From: the human T2T-CHM13v2.0 reference genome, Homo sapiens
Reading direction: 5' to 3' (one strand)
NCBI RefSeq assembly: GCF_009914755.1
Contig: NC_060936.1
DNA: 64,000 nt
In this document: piece by piece, positions 27,360 through 41,984 of the stretch
Layout of the letters: each line of letters opens with the position of its first letter
How positions within the stretch are numbered: the first letter of the stretch is position 1
Program-made: the position numbers and the translations under genes
Notes under the pieces: model-generated
Told to the model about the DNA's origin: nothing
Database searches by the model: none
What the model saw: only the letters and a program-made list of their open reading frames with translations

Positions 27360-28195
27360 TATTTAATCATACATATTTAATCAATAACTGTTTACTGCAT
27401 ACTGAGTCTATGCTGTGCACTCTGCCAAGCAATGGGGGTGCAAAGTTGAGCAATAACACGTACATAAGATTTAAAGTCTAATGGGACAGATAGACATTAA
27501 TCAACTAGTCACTAAATAGTCAAACTATTCTAACTGGTAATTTTTCTATGGAAGAGTGTATGATGTTTTATGAGCACATGTTAGGGATGGTTTCTCTGAA
27601 TAAGTGACTTTGAGTTCAGTTCTGAATAAAAAGATTAGGGCAGAGATAATTATGGGCAGAAGAAGGAGCATGTGCATTTGTTTGATGGGCCACAGAGCAC
27701 GGTACCCTTGGGGATTTGAAAAAAATGCTACTGTTGCAGAGTGTGAGGGTGAGACAAGTTATGTTGCTAGAGAGGAAGGCAGGAGCCCACTTAGCAGGGC
27801 AATTTAGGCCATTTTAATGAGATTGGACGTGAAAAGACCACTGGTGGTGAGGATTTATTAAAATCCCTCAATTTCTGCTAGTAATTGAAGGATTTTAATA
27901 AAATGTTGACATTGAACTAAAAAATTCATTTAGGCTAAAATGTAGGAAGGGAATATTGAATATCTGGGACATATGGTTGTTAAAATGAGTAGTCCATTCA
28001 GGTTTAAAATGATATTAAATTTTGAATATGATAATTTGGTAGATAGGAACAATGAGGCAGATTTAAAGGATGTTTAGAATAAACCTTAGTCACATATTGG
28101 CTATTGGAAGTTAGAAAAAAAGGGGATTTCAATGATAACAACTAGGTTTTAAGCTAGGATAATTAGATTGATTATGGGCTGATTCATTAAGACAA
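27360..28195 (-). mobile_element. L2 LINE fragment
   Basis: tgtttactgcatactgagtctatgctgtgcactctgccaagcaatggggg...aggttttaagctaggataattag. Confidence 0.6.
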
Positions 28196-29363
28196 CTAAA
28201 TACATATATAAAATAATTAATGTAGATATAAATAATGCATTTGTTGACAACATCACAAATATATGTAGTTAATATACTCTTTAAAAATTAAACATTCCAC
28301 ACACACATAAATTATGGGTTCTCTTTTTTAATATCACATGTAATCTAAGCATAATTTTAGAACAGTTTATTGTTTTACATGTATTTTGTTAACACATTAT
28401 CCTACAGTATATTCTTATGAATATCAAAGTCTGTCTATGAGCTAAACATTTTGTTTCTTCCAAAGTATTTCCATTTGTTCATATGTTCACAAAGGAAACT
28501 GTTTAGGTGAAGCTTCACAATATATTCAAGTATGTGGTAGGACAATTCTTTCTTCATTATTCTCAAATTACCTTTTGCTTTCATAGGCTGGTCTATTATT
28601 TAAATCACTTTGAGAATTTTATTGTCAAGTGCTACTAAAATTGCCAATGGAATTTTAACTGAAATCAATTTAAAACGATGATATAAATGAGAGATATTTG
28701 ATATTTTTATACAATATTCTATTTCTCAAACTTATTTTGACATGAAAAACACTATAATTAGAAAATGTAATGGTAGACAACTCATATTTATTATTTAATT
28801 AATAAAACGGGTAGCTTCATTTGTTTTTCTAAGTGCATAAAATTGTGATACAGAAAGAATTTTAGTGGACATAGTAGAGCTGATCCTGGCTTCATCAATG
28901 TCAACATTTGAAACAGCTAAATGCTTGTAGATTATTGCATATGTAAAAATCACCAAATTTAAAATTTAAGCAGTGTCTAAATCACGCTCTTAATTTTGAA
29001 AGTGTACTATGTATGCAAGAAAATAAATGTGCTTTAAGAATCTGCATGCTACTTTGCTGTCTGCAACTTGTTACTTTTATTATCTTTGAGTCATATCTAA
29101 AATTATCTACATGTATTGAAAATTGAGGAACAAGTAGACCACATATATAGAAGTATAGTCAACTGTAATAAATTTAAAATATTTTGACAGGTTGAAAACC
29201 ATTTACAAAATTATTAAGATAATAAAATGCATCTTAAATTCTAAACTATTACTGATTCCATACATGATGTAGAATTTCCAAGGTTGAATTTTACTTCTGA
29301 AAGGGAAAAACAAACAAACAAACAACAACAACAACTATGTACTAGAATAAAATTTGACTACTA

Positions 29364-29654
29364 AGCCGGGTGGGTGCGGTGGCTCACGCCTTTAATCTCA
29401 GCAGCTTGGGAGGCCAAGGCGGGCAGATTGCTTGATGCCAGGAATTTGAGACCAGCCTGGCCAGTATGGCGAAACCCCATCTCTACTAAAATTACAAAAA
29501 TTAGTTGGCTGTGGTGGCGCAGGCTTGTAATCTCAGCTACTCGGGAGGCTGAGGCATGAGAATCATTTGAAACCAGGAGTCAGAGGTTGCAGTGAGATGG
29601 GATCGTGTCACCACACTCTAGCCTGGGAGACAGTGAGAAGGTCTCAAAAAAAAA
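29364..29654 (+). mobile_element. Diverged Alu (S/Jb)
   Basis: Full dimer with A-rich linker and tail. Confidence 0.92.
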
Positions 29655-30429
29655 GTCTATTAAATAACTATGGTTAGACATTTCTTAACATATATGGTGT
29701 AACAATACGTGAAAATCTAAATAATCCTTACCTTCCTATCCTTCTATAAGTATCACTGCAGCACATTATATAACGTACATAAAAAATTAAATAAAGCAAA
29801 ATAACTCAAACATGTAAAAAGAATAACTCATGAAAATGATGACCAATATTCATATTAACACGATAAAGTAAAAGACAGCCAACTTGAAATATTAAACTTA
29901 TATTTGGCAAGTATGCATAATTATGAAATAATATATTTAACTTCATTTGCTGACTTTGAATTAAAATTATATACCTTATATTTTGGTAAATTATCTCATA
30001 TACTTTAGTTCTCTCAACAACCCTGCTTATGAAGAAATGAAGACTATTGAGTTTATGTGAAGTGCTTAAAGTGACACTTCTAGAAAGACACAAATACAAG
30101 ACCTAAAACTAGGTTTCTTATTCTATCAACAAAGCTCATTTACTCAATAATTACTCTATGGCAAGTTTGGTGTTGAAAAACACATTTCCACTAAGAAATG
30201 TTTACAAATGAGACAATAACTCAATAATCATGATAGTTATAGTCATACAAAATTGTACATTTGTTGAGGTCAGAAATTATTTCTTCTTTTTCAGTTCACA
30301 GTATTTATTACAAATGTTTTGAGAAGCACTGATGTAGATGGTGGTTAATAATTGTTTATTGAATTAGGCAACACAATGAAACCTCATTAGTTTAAACTAA
30401 ATAGAGAAAGCTTAATCTGAATCAGTGAA

Positions 30430-30812
30430 TATCTTAGTCTGTTTTGTGCTGCTATAACAGAATACCACAAACTGGACAATTTATAATGAACAGAAATTTA
30501 TTTGGCTCACAGTTCTTGAGGCTGAGAAGTCCATGATTGATTAAGAGGCTGCATCTGGTGAGGACCATCCCATAGCAGAAGGTTTAAAGTAAAGAGAGCA
30601 AGCACAGTTACATACAAGAAAGAGAGGGGCAAACTCACTTTTATAAAAGTCCACTCTCTGGAGCCCATTCCTGAGATAACAATATTAATCGATTCATAAA
30701 GGCAGAGTCCTCATGACCCAATCACCTCTTAAAGGTCCCTCCTATCAACACTGATGCATTGAAGGTTAAATTTCAACACATGAACTTTGGAGGACCCATT
30801 CAAACCACAGCA
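30430..30812 (-). mobile_element. MaLR solo LTR (MSTD-like)
   Basis: tatcttagtctgttttgtgctgctataacag...cattcaaaccacagca; perfect 5-bp TSD GTGAA (30425-30429, 30813-30817). Confidence 0.9.
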
Positions 30813-31289
30813 GTGAACATTTTCAATTTAAGACTATCTTCTTAAAAGCGTAACTAAGTTCTACCAAAACATTTATTTCAAAAAATCTATGAGCTACCTC
30901 TTGAGTCAAATAGTGAATAAGGTATGCTGTCTTCTGCCAGTGAGCACACAACCTAGCTCAAGTATGTTAAGTGTTATGATAAAAGTTTTCATAAGGTAGA
31001 CCAACTAATGCCTTTTAATGGTAAAACTAATTGGATTTAAATATTCAAAAGTCAGTGTTCTCTTTATCAAATATCATTTGTGATAAATTTAGAATTTATT
31101 CAAGAAATATTCAAAATAGCACTGTTTTATAGTTATAAATCCCTTTTGTTCAAGTACAAATCTGTATAAATTGTCTCTTTTCATGTGCGCATATAGCACA
31201 AGTCAAATTAACTCTAGTTTAGTCTCAACTGGGACACTTAAACTCCCAACTACAAAGTTATCATGTTAAATTACTGAATTACTTCTTGA

Positions 31290-31700
31290 GAAATTATCAC
31301 CAGTAATGAAACAAATCAAGACATGTGCCTTCCAATATGATGTACAGCATCACTTATTCAGCATTTTTTTCAGTTACCATAATTAGAAAATTATTATGAC
31401 ATAAAATTACCCAAATTCATATTGAGAGATATTGTATAAAGCTGCTATGAACTCTTCAAAAATGTCAGTGCCAAAGATAGAAAACAAAAAACAAACAAAC
31501 AAAAAACCAGAAAGATTCAGGAAGTATGTGAGACTGAAAGAAATTAAAATAGGATAACTGACTGCAATGCATAATTCTGAATTTTCCTGTTCAGTAAAGG
31601 ACGTTATTGAGACAAATGGAGAAATTAATAAAATCTGTAGATTAGATTATCATGTTGTAAAGGTGTTAATTTTGTTGTACTGTGATTATGTGTTTTCCAC
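31290..31700 (+). mobile_element. Old L1M (MC/ME) 3' fragment
   Basis: ggataactgactgcaatgcataattctgaattt...aaaggacgttattgagacaaatggagaaatt. Confidence 0.5.
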
Positions 31701-33092
31701 TGTTCCTGATGCCTAGACAAAAAGAGTGGATGAAACCATGTGAGAATTTAGTAAATACAGATGACCTGACATGCAGTGTCTGAGGTAATATTTTTATATT
31801 TGCTTCAGAAAACAAAAGAGTCTTTTCTTTTGCTGTAGTCCAGGTCCCGTACCATTACAGCTTCTTTTCCTTCTTGGCTGAGTACAATCTTATGAAATCT
31901 AAGTAGCATCAATAACTATGTTCTTGATTGTTTGTATCGCTTTGTGTACTTTTTAAAATGAGTTTCATGTTGGAGATAAGATTGTAAAAAAATGTGGGGG
32001 AAAACTGCCCCCAAAACATGTCAAAGTCTCTTGATAAATTCAGGCGCCAGAAGTTTTCTCAATCTCTTATTATCTGAGTATCTTACTCATTAATAAATAG
32101 TGATGTTAGCAGAGAGAATGCATCACTTTCTTCTGCGGTTTCCACTCTTGAACTATTAAGTCTTGACACCATGAAAGAATGAGGAGACAAGCACAGTAAA
32201 GATGAAGGCAAAAAACCATGCAAGGGTTTCTTCATGTCTTGGGTCTTCATAAGTTTGCCCTTGCCAGACTTCTAGCTCAATTTCTTGTTGAGTCTTACCT
32301 TTCTTCTTCTCCTATGCTATATCTGTCCTAAGTCACTTGCATTTGTCTGAACCATCAGAATGTCCTATAGCCACCATCTAGTTATCTCTCACTAGAAATA
32401 ATCATTTATACTCTTCAAATCTATTTTAATTGAAGGACAGTTATTCATTTTGCAACTCAAGTTCAAACTTCATCTCCATTTAATCATTTTGTTTTATTTT
32501 TCTTGCACAAGCAGATACATATCCAACAATTTATTCTATATTTTGTTTACCTTTGGGTACTCCATTGGTGTAGTTTCATTATTAATTCATCTCTCTACTC
32601 CCTACAACCTAACAGAGAGCCAAGCATATAGCAGATGCTTCACAGGTGACTGAAAAAATCAGGCGGAGAGGCACAGAACACATAGAGATAAAATACACAT
32701 CAATAATTCAGATCAACCTCTTCTGATAGAGTTTCCTTTTACCTTTGAGGGGAAAACTGGAGTATATTTCACTCTCAAAAACTACCAAAGCCCAGAAAGA
32801 GAAAAGATATGGAGAAATCAGAATGTTTAAAAAAGTTTATGGAATGAAAAGTATATTAAAAAGGTGTTGCATATTTAATGGTATCCTCATTTTACAAATA
32901 TTTCCCATATCAAAGGTTAGCAAAGGAAATGTAGACAGCAAAACAAACAAACAAAAAAGCATGTGCGATTTATTACCAGGCCAGAGGCATTCCCATGTAA
33001 ATTTAGTTCTTCCAACAACCAGTATATGATTTAGAATGGAAGAATTGATTGGGAACTTTTTACTCCCAGATGTGTGGCAGAAAGCAGAAGAG

Positions 33093-33216
33093 ACAGTATG
33101 ATTAGTTGTTGGGCTAAAGGTTTCTTATATGAACAGAGTTTTTGAACATTCGTGACCCACTTTTAGTGCTGAGACTGGGACAGTCTTGAGCAAGAAAAGG
33201 GTAATTTGTCATGCTA
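33093..33216. mobile_element. Possible MER81 (hAT-Blackjack) relic
   Basis: acttttagtgctgagactgggacagtcttgagcaag...ttgtcatgcta resembles the recalled MER81 end. Confidence 0.35.
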
Positions 33217-33645
33217 TGAGAATCCTCATGAAAACAGCTGGACTTAGGAAATTCTAAGTGTTTTTCATAAAAGCTCAAAAATGTTCCTCTCACCTCCTAG
33301 GATCATGTCATTTGAAACTTGATACTTTCAGATAGTCTTGTCAGACTTCCTGTTCTATGTTAAAGGGCAGATTTCCTTGGAAATCCTATGTTTTGATGTC
33401 ATTAACACATTGTTAATGTTAATTCTTTTAGCGACTATTTACTGTTTAAATTATCTATGTATAATGTTATGCATTAGTACTGTGTGCTAACTGGTTTGCA
33501 AACATTGTTTCATGTCATGTAAAAGGCTAATGAAGTAGTCACTAATATTATTTTTGACATGAGCAATGCAAAGTTAAATAAATTAATTTTCCAAAGATAA
33601 CAGACCTGATGAATAATTATTCCTATGTTTAATAATGGTTATATA

Positions 33646-33909
33646 GGTTGGGCACAGTGGCTCACACCTGTAATCCCAGCACTTTGGGAGGCCGAGGCAG
33701 GTGGATTGCTTGTGCTCAGGAGGTTGAAACCAGCCTGGGCAACAAGGCAAAAACCCATCTCTACAAAAAATGGAAAAAATAGCTGGGCATGTTAGTGTGC
33801 GCCTGGAGTCCGAGCTACTAGAGAGGCTGAGGTCGGAGGATTGCTTGAGCCCAGGCTGGGCGACAGAGTGAGAAAGAAAGAAAGAAAAGAAAGAGAAGAA
33901 AGAAAAAGG
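33646..33909 (+). mobile_element. AluJ with ~45-bp right-arm deletion and GA-rich tail
   Basis: Perfect 14-bp TSD ATAATGGTTATATA (33632-33645, 33910-33923). Confidence 0.92.
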
Positions 33910-34064
33910 ATAATGGTTATATATTTTAATCATAAGATATCTGAACTTGAATACCCGGACATTCTGTTCTCTGAGGTACATTCTAAGTATGAAGCATCTT
34001 GCTGGATACTCTGAGACTTTTCAATATCCATGATGCACTGTGCTTAAGATGTTTACTATCTTAT

Positions 34065-34382
<318 letters not shown>

Positions 34383-34429
34383 TTACATGGGGATACAACA
34401 TGCAGATAAATAGCTAAGATATCACTGAA

Positions 34430-34650
34430 AATTTGCATAGCACTTTGGTGTACACAACCCCTTCACAAATAGTAAGTGAATTGACCATTCTAATGGCTCA
34501 TTAAAACAAGCATAACAGGAGTTTATAATTTCCATTTAATAGATCAAGAAACTGAGGTTCAGATAAACTAATGATGTTCAATAGCTATTGATATTGCAGC
34601 GGGGTTTAAAATCCAGACATTTTCCTTATAGGCTGATGTTCATTTTACTT
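34430..34650 (-). mobile_element. MIR
   Basis: ccatttaatagatcaagaaactgaggttcagata core. Confidence 0.6.
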
Positions 34651-34919
34651 TACGGTGTGGCTTCAAATACACATTACCAAGTCATAATTACATTATAGAA
34701 ATTTCCCTTTGGCTCATGAATTCCAGCAACCTTTGTGATTTGCAACCCCAGTCACATCATACTTCTGAAACTTCATAAATGTTTTTTGGATGAATGAATC
34801 CACATTTCCAGATAGTCTCACCCTTAGAATTTATTTTATCCACAATCAGTAACAATTTAGAGACCCACAAAGCAATCACCTTATTCATAAACAGAAATGA
34901 ACATCTTGAAAAGCTGTAA

Positions 34920-35180
34920 AGTTGAGTGGCTAAAAACCCTTGAGCGAGACTGGCTTTATAATCCAGCTCTTCAGCTCTCTGCCTGTGGTGAGTATGAGGA
35001 GGTTACTTACCATAACATTTCTTTTGAACCTTTCCTCAATATCTCCTCTGGTACAATTAGAGTAATATTCTATGTATCTCAGGAGGTTGTTATATGAATT
35101 GAATGAAGTAATATGAGTACACATCTGAGAACAGGATCTGGCACTTAGTAATATATATCTCAGCTACTATTATCATGGAC
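34920..35180 (+). mobile_element. MIR
   Basis: aatccagctct...tctcaggaggttgttatatgaattgaatgaag...tctggcacttagtaa. Confidence 0.55.
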
Positions 35181-37085
35181 ATAATAATTATTATTTTACT
35201 CAGAAACCAAAAAAATTAACATAGGTTCAGCCACTTGTTTTATCTGGGAAATATTATTTTCACCAAGCTAAATTTCTTCATCTACATAATTGGATAATAG
35301 TCAAACTAATATACTGAAAACACTTGTTCAGTGTTAACCCGATATAATTGTCCAATAAAATTTCTATATTTTTATTTCATTTTAACAAATATTGTGTAAA
35401 TACTGTATACCAGGTCTTCTGGTAGTCACTGGGGATAGAACAGCTTTTAAAACAGGTAAAACTCATTTTTTTCTTTTATTTTAATGGGGGATACAGACAT
35501 AATACAGAAATAAATTATTTTCACAAATAAATTACATATACTGAATCTATACTCAGCCAGAACACTTAGAGCTAAAATATGCCACATATAATTTATCATT
35601 CATTTAACTTTTGAATTATGGTGTTTATTCAGTTGTCTGTACATCCTATAAGTTTGCTAAGGGTATAAATTAGAGTTTCAACTCAGAGCAAAGAGACCAC
35701 TTTACAGATATTATGTTTTTTAATGATTAGCACTTAATTTTTTTAGATTAGTGATGGTAAAACAAAAATGAGATCACTTCTAATGTTGCTGACAGAGTCC
35801 CAAACCCAAGTATTCTGAGTCAGTGTATTCTATAAATCCTTTTAATAATGAATATTAATGATTAACTTTATTAAAGTTATTAGAGCCATTGATGACTTTT
35901 CCAGGTATAAAATTATAGAGTCATTACATTTTAAAATACAATCATAAAATTATATGCATAGAGGGCCATGCAGATACAATTTTGAATATGAAACTGTCAC
36001 AGGGATAAATGTTAGCTAGCAAAATCTACATTAATGCAAGCATTAACGTTCTGCAAGAGACTTCCAGTTCAGGCTGGGCTAAATTGTGATCACAGTGCTA
36101 AATCACTTGGCAAGAGACCGAATAACCTAACTGGGATTCATATATTTCTTAGAAGAGCTTCCTGTTATCCCTCACCTAAAAGTGATTTTCATTACTAAGA
36201 ACACTTAATTTAACTCTGTATCAGCAATTTTCATATTGGGCAACTATATTTATTATAATTGAACATTTATATATTCTGCAGATTGCTAAAACAATGACTC
36301 TCTTGCCAGTTACTACATGAAGAGATATATATTTTTAGAAATGCTGATTTGAATGTTGTAATTATCATCATACCTCAAGCAGGAATGCCCATAATAGAAC
36401 AACTATTTAAGGATATTTCAATTAACTACTTTATTTTTATTCAAAATATTGTTTATTTTAAAAATGATATGCAACAGATCAGCAGGAATTGGTCGCAATG
36501 AGCCACAATATTTTCCACAATTATAAATATATCACATTTATTTGCATTTCCAAAAATATACTTTTGATCAAAAATAGTAATCCAATATTTTATTTGACTT
36601 TCCCCAGTGTTGTTTTCAAACAGTGGAACACTTTGTTATTCATTTGATAGGGAAATATATAGTTTAACAAAATTTTACATAAATGTATGTGTGGGATGTG
36701 TTACGCTGGGATAAATTTTTTGTAAATATAGTTTTGGACTGAAAAAAAGGGATGGGGATTTCACTTATATTTCTAATATGTGTCTTTTTCGCATTCATGA
36801 CTTTACATTTCATTTTTGAGAGCTACATAGTTTTATGATCTCTAGAATTGTATTGGGTTTTTCCTTCTTTCTCTCTTTTTTATGTCCAAGCTTGCTTGTC
36901 CTGTGATATCACTGTGTTGTCTTTAACATTTAATACTGTCATTCTGTGTCCAGCTAATGCAATGTTGTCACATTCACATAGAGAAAGGAAAATAGCCAGT
37001 AGCACAGTATTTAGTAAATGCCCCAAATGCCATGATCTGTGCTTTTTACAGTGAAATTAAAAGTAGGTTATTCTTACCAAAAAAG

Positions 37086-37092
37086 ACACACA

Positions 37093-37132
<40 letters not shown>
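37086..37132. repeat. (CA)n microsatellite
   Basis: Direct; one TA interruption. Confidence 0.98.
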
Positions 37133-37135
<3 letters not shown>

Positions 37136-37924
37136 TAAAAAACTGAATTAAATGCATCTTCATTTTTGATATTTCTATTTTCCTTGATTTTATTATTGCA
37201 CGGAATTTACCTTAGTCTGTATGTACTTCCCTAGTCACTTCTTTTTCCTATTTTTTTGCAAGACAATAACAAATGGTTGTTAAGGACTCAGAAGCAGAAA
37301 CATTTGTATACAAACTCCAGTTGTTTTAATCTTAACAGTTGTGTGAATTGCGCAAGTGATGGAAGCCTTAATTTTGTTGTGTTATGTGCAAAATTTAGAT
37401 AATAAATATTGCCCCCTAATTAATGGCTTACTGAAAGGTTAAATGTGATAATGCATATGGCATTTTTAGCACTTGGTGAACATCACTAATACATGTGTTA
37501 TCATTGACTTGTGCCCCTCTTCCTATTGTTGAAATCCAAGCATTATTTAAGGTTCTACCATTTATTGCTCTCTTCTATTTTTATGGCTTTAGTATGTAGC
37601 TCCACTCATTGTCAAAACATCAGTAATTCCAATATCAAAACATTCTTAATGAAGTGATATTAAAACAAGCTTTATAAAACTTCATCTTAGGATTAAAGTG
37701 GTATCACTGATTTTAAAAGTTTGAGAGGTAAAAATAAATTTGTTATTTTAGAAACAAAAGATAAAGAAGAAAATGCATTATTTGGTACTCACTCGTATTT
37801 ATATTTTCTTCGGTAAGCTTAGAACTCACATTAGTTCAGTGACTTTGAAAGAATGTTAATTTAGCATTTAGCCTGCTTGGTATTTGGAATTAATGAATAT
37901 AAAAATTAATAATCACTTTCATTT

Positions 37925-38077
37925 GTCACCAAAAATGATTTCAAGATATATCTGCTGATAAATAGAATTGCCATGTATAGCATAAATTTCTATATGAGAA
38001 TGTCCACAGAAATGATTTCAATATATCTGCTGATAAATAGAATTGCCATGTATAGCATAAATTTCTATAAATGAGAA
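37925..38077. repeat. ~76-bp tandem duplication
   Basis: aaatgatttcaa(ga)tatatctgctgataaatagaattgccatgtatagcataaatttctata occurs twice. Confidence 0.95.
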
Positions 38078-38596
38078 ACTCAGTTGTCACCTAAATTATT
38101 GTAGATACATTTGCCTTAAATCAAAGAATGTATAGAAATGTACGATATAATCAAGTTTTTGAAGTCTTTGTAAAAAAGAATATGTAAATTGATGATATAT
38201 GCAAATAGTACTTGAGAGTATATATATTAAATAATTGCCTTAATAATATGACTGGTCTACTTAGTTTGCAAGGTTAGAACACTAGAAATCAATTAAAATT
38301 CCTTCCTTTACCTTATCCTTCTGTCTGCCTGTTCAAACATTGCTTTTACATCCTAAATTTCTCTTAAATCCACTCAATCCTCTATCTAAATGTATTTAGT
38401 ACATTATTTCAGAACCTCATCAGTTCTCACATGGACCAATGAAATATTATTAAATCCATTCTTTTGTTTTTATTTATGTCTTCTTCTGGTGAATCTGCCA
38501 AAGGATTATTCTAGAGTTTACATATTCAGGATTCTCTCTCAGATTTGTAAGTACGTGGCTTTGTAATGTCAAACGTATACCAAACATTTTAGTGTG

Positions 38597-39099
<503 letters not shown>

Positions 39100-40907
39100 T
39101 TAATCTAACCTAACACATTCTCCATGACTTCTCTAGCTTGTTTCTCAAACCTAATCTCTCATCACTTTCTCAAACTTATTCACATTTCACATAGGCCTAA
39201 ATAGTGTGAGCTCTTGTACATTTCCATACAGGATCGTATGTTCTTTCTGGAACATCCTTTATTTCACTACTCCATTGCTTTGCAACTTTGTTTACCTGGG
39301 TTACTGATAATCCAATTCAGGATTCAGCACAAACATAGTCTTGTACACCTTCCCAAACTCTTATTTTGTGTAACTTTCGCATATGTAAGGGAGTCCCTGT
39401 GCATACATATGTCCCAATACTTACCAAAATGTAATTAGCTATTTTTTCTGTTTTGCATACAATTTTTGTGAGCTCCTCATCTTATATATCCCTATATATT
39501 CAGAAACGTATCTGGCAATTTGACTCTATAGATATTTATCATAAAGTAAAATATGTACATGTCAATCACTGGAAGGAATATTAAAAATAATAAATAAAAA
39601 TATATCCATTACATTAATGGCATGCTTGTGTGTTTCCTCCTTTAATAGTTTAAGGATATTCTGATTTTTTATAAATAAGAATAATTTCTTATATGTTGTG
39701 AATTTTAGCAATGACATTAAAATATTGATGATATTATATAGTGTGTTCTATATAATCCTTTTTTAGGGTGAGGCCAAATTATATTTGCTGTTTTATTTTT
39801 CTTATCTAGTATGTACTGAAGTGGTAAGAAGAGATCATATTTCTTATGTATTAAGTGACAGTTCATTAATTTACTAAATTAAGGAATATGTATCAAAAGC
39901 TTACTATGTAGCAAGCACCATTTAAAGTTATGTAATTTCCCCAAACTCAAAGAGATAAAAGTAAACAGTGAAGAAGCAGGTCAGTATATCTGACCCATTG
40001 CCATTTCACTATCTGTTCTTCTCCCTATGTGCTTTGGTTGGTAAAATTTGTGTCAGAATACCAGCTTACTAATAAATGAAATTGACCTGCAACTCTCTCA
40101 AGAAACATTTATGCTAAGTGTAGCTCTTAGCAGAAGATTACAGCTACTGGGAAATTCTCAGCAACAGAGAAGAGGATGCAAGTGAAATGAAAAGCAATTG
40201 GGCAGTCTAATTGAGAAAGTAATGATGATACTCAGTATGAAAATAGATATTCTGATGGCATTACCTTCCCTAGGATATTCTCATACTAATCTATGATATT
40301 TCTAAAGATGTATGATGTGTTTTCACTATCTTTAACCATAAGTGATGTAGAAAACATTTAATAGAATAACAAGAACAATTTTCAATGTGTACATAAACAA
40401 AAAATTTTGAAAATGAACTCAAAACATTCACAGAAATTTTTTCAAGTAAGCTTGCAAAGTAGAACAGAAATATCTTAATAATTATTAGATTTCACCCAAT
40501 ATCTAAGAAATAGAGGTGGGGCATAAACTTTTTATACATATAGAAATCATAAAATGAGTGATTTATTCTCTATGTCACCAACACCCTATATTTAATATAA
40601 TACATATGCTAAAAGGATTTATGGAGAAAAAGTAAAGTATTACTCATAAAATAATTACTATGCTGAAAAGGGATTTGTGAAAACAAATCCTGTGATTACA
40701 GTGTCTAATATAATATATTTTCGATTATATCCCTTTCTACTAATCATTTCCATATGAACCTTAGCTTTACATTTCATGATTATAAGGACAGATACTTATA
40801 TTGTGATTAGCCCACAAGATGGGATTTATAATTTAAAATTAAATAAAAATTCTAGCCTATTAGGGATAGGCATTCAAATATATATTCACTTACTACTAAT
40901 AATGTAG

Positions 40908-41209
<302 letters not shown>

Positions 41210-41984
41210 GATTTTACTTATTATTGAAAAATAATTTCACATTTTTTATGATGATGTGAGAATATGAAAATAAAATGAAATTATAGTAAATACATTGATA
41301 GAAGATTAAGTTGATAATTTGCATAGAGCATATTGGCTGGGTGCAGCATTTGTAATCTCTATGTTCCTTGACCGAGGGCATGGATGTTCACATTTATGCT
41401 GAGAATTTAATTGTAAGCAGAATGTTGACTTTTTTCTCCTCCCTGCTTTTGCTATTCTCAGATTAAAATGGCATTTCTTGCCCTAACACATTTTGTTTAT
41501 TCATCACATTTTTATTGTTACTAGTTTTATTTGTAGTTAAGTAAGTCTGCAGAAATCTTCCTCCCAAACTGTTCTCCCTTAATCAGAGATTCCTGCTGAT
41601 CCCATTGTGGTGATTAGTTAAGCTAATGACTGCTTGCCTTTAGATTTGGGTGCAGGGAGAAACACATTTAAAACTCTTGTTATGAAACCATTAAATTAAT
41701 CTTAAGATACTCATATTAATATAAAAATTAGCTTGTCATTTCATTATCAGTCATGTCCTCAGCTTTTTAATTTTTTGGCCAGTATGTTTCTCAATAATGC
41801 CTAGCTTATTTGACTCATAGATCCCTAACTTCTTGACCAATGCCCCTCAACTCTGCTGTGATCTTTATGATTTCACCTTTATAAGATTCTGTTTTCTGAT
41901 TTTCTCCTGAATCTTTAGATTCAACCTATTTGCCTGCTATTTGCTTTTTTCAATACGATACTATTCACATTTTCAGATTACACC

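Noticed and set aside
33583-33981. 132-aa ORF and other Alu-spanning ORFs (10236, 14369, 38734, 40927, 57461)
   Set aside because: Typical Alu translations ([22 protein letters not shown]), not genes
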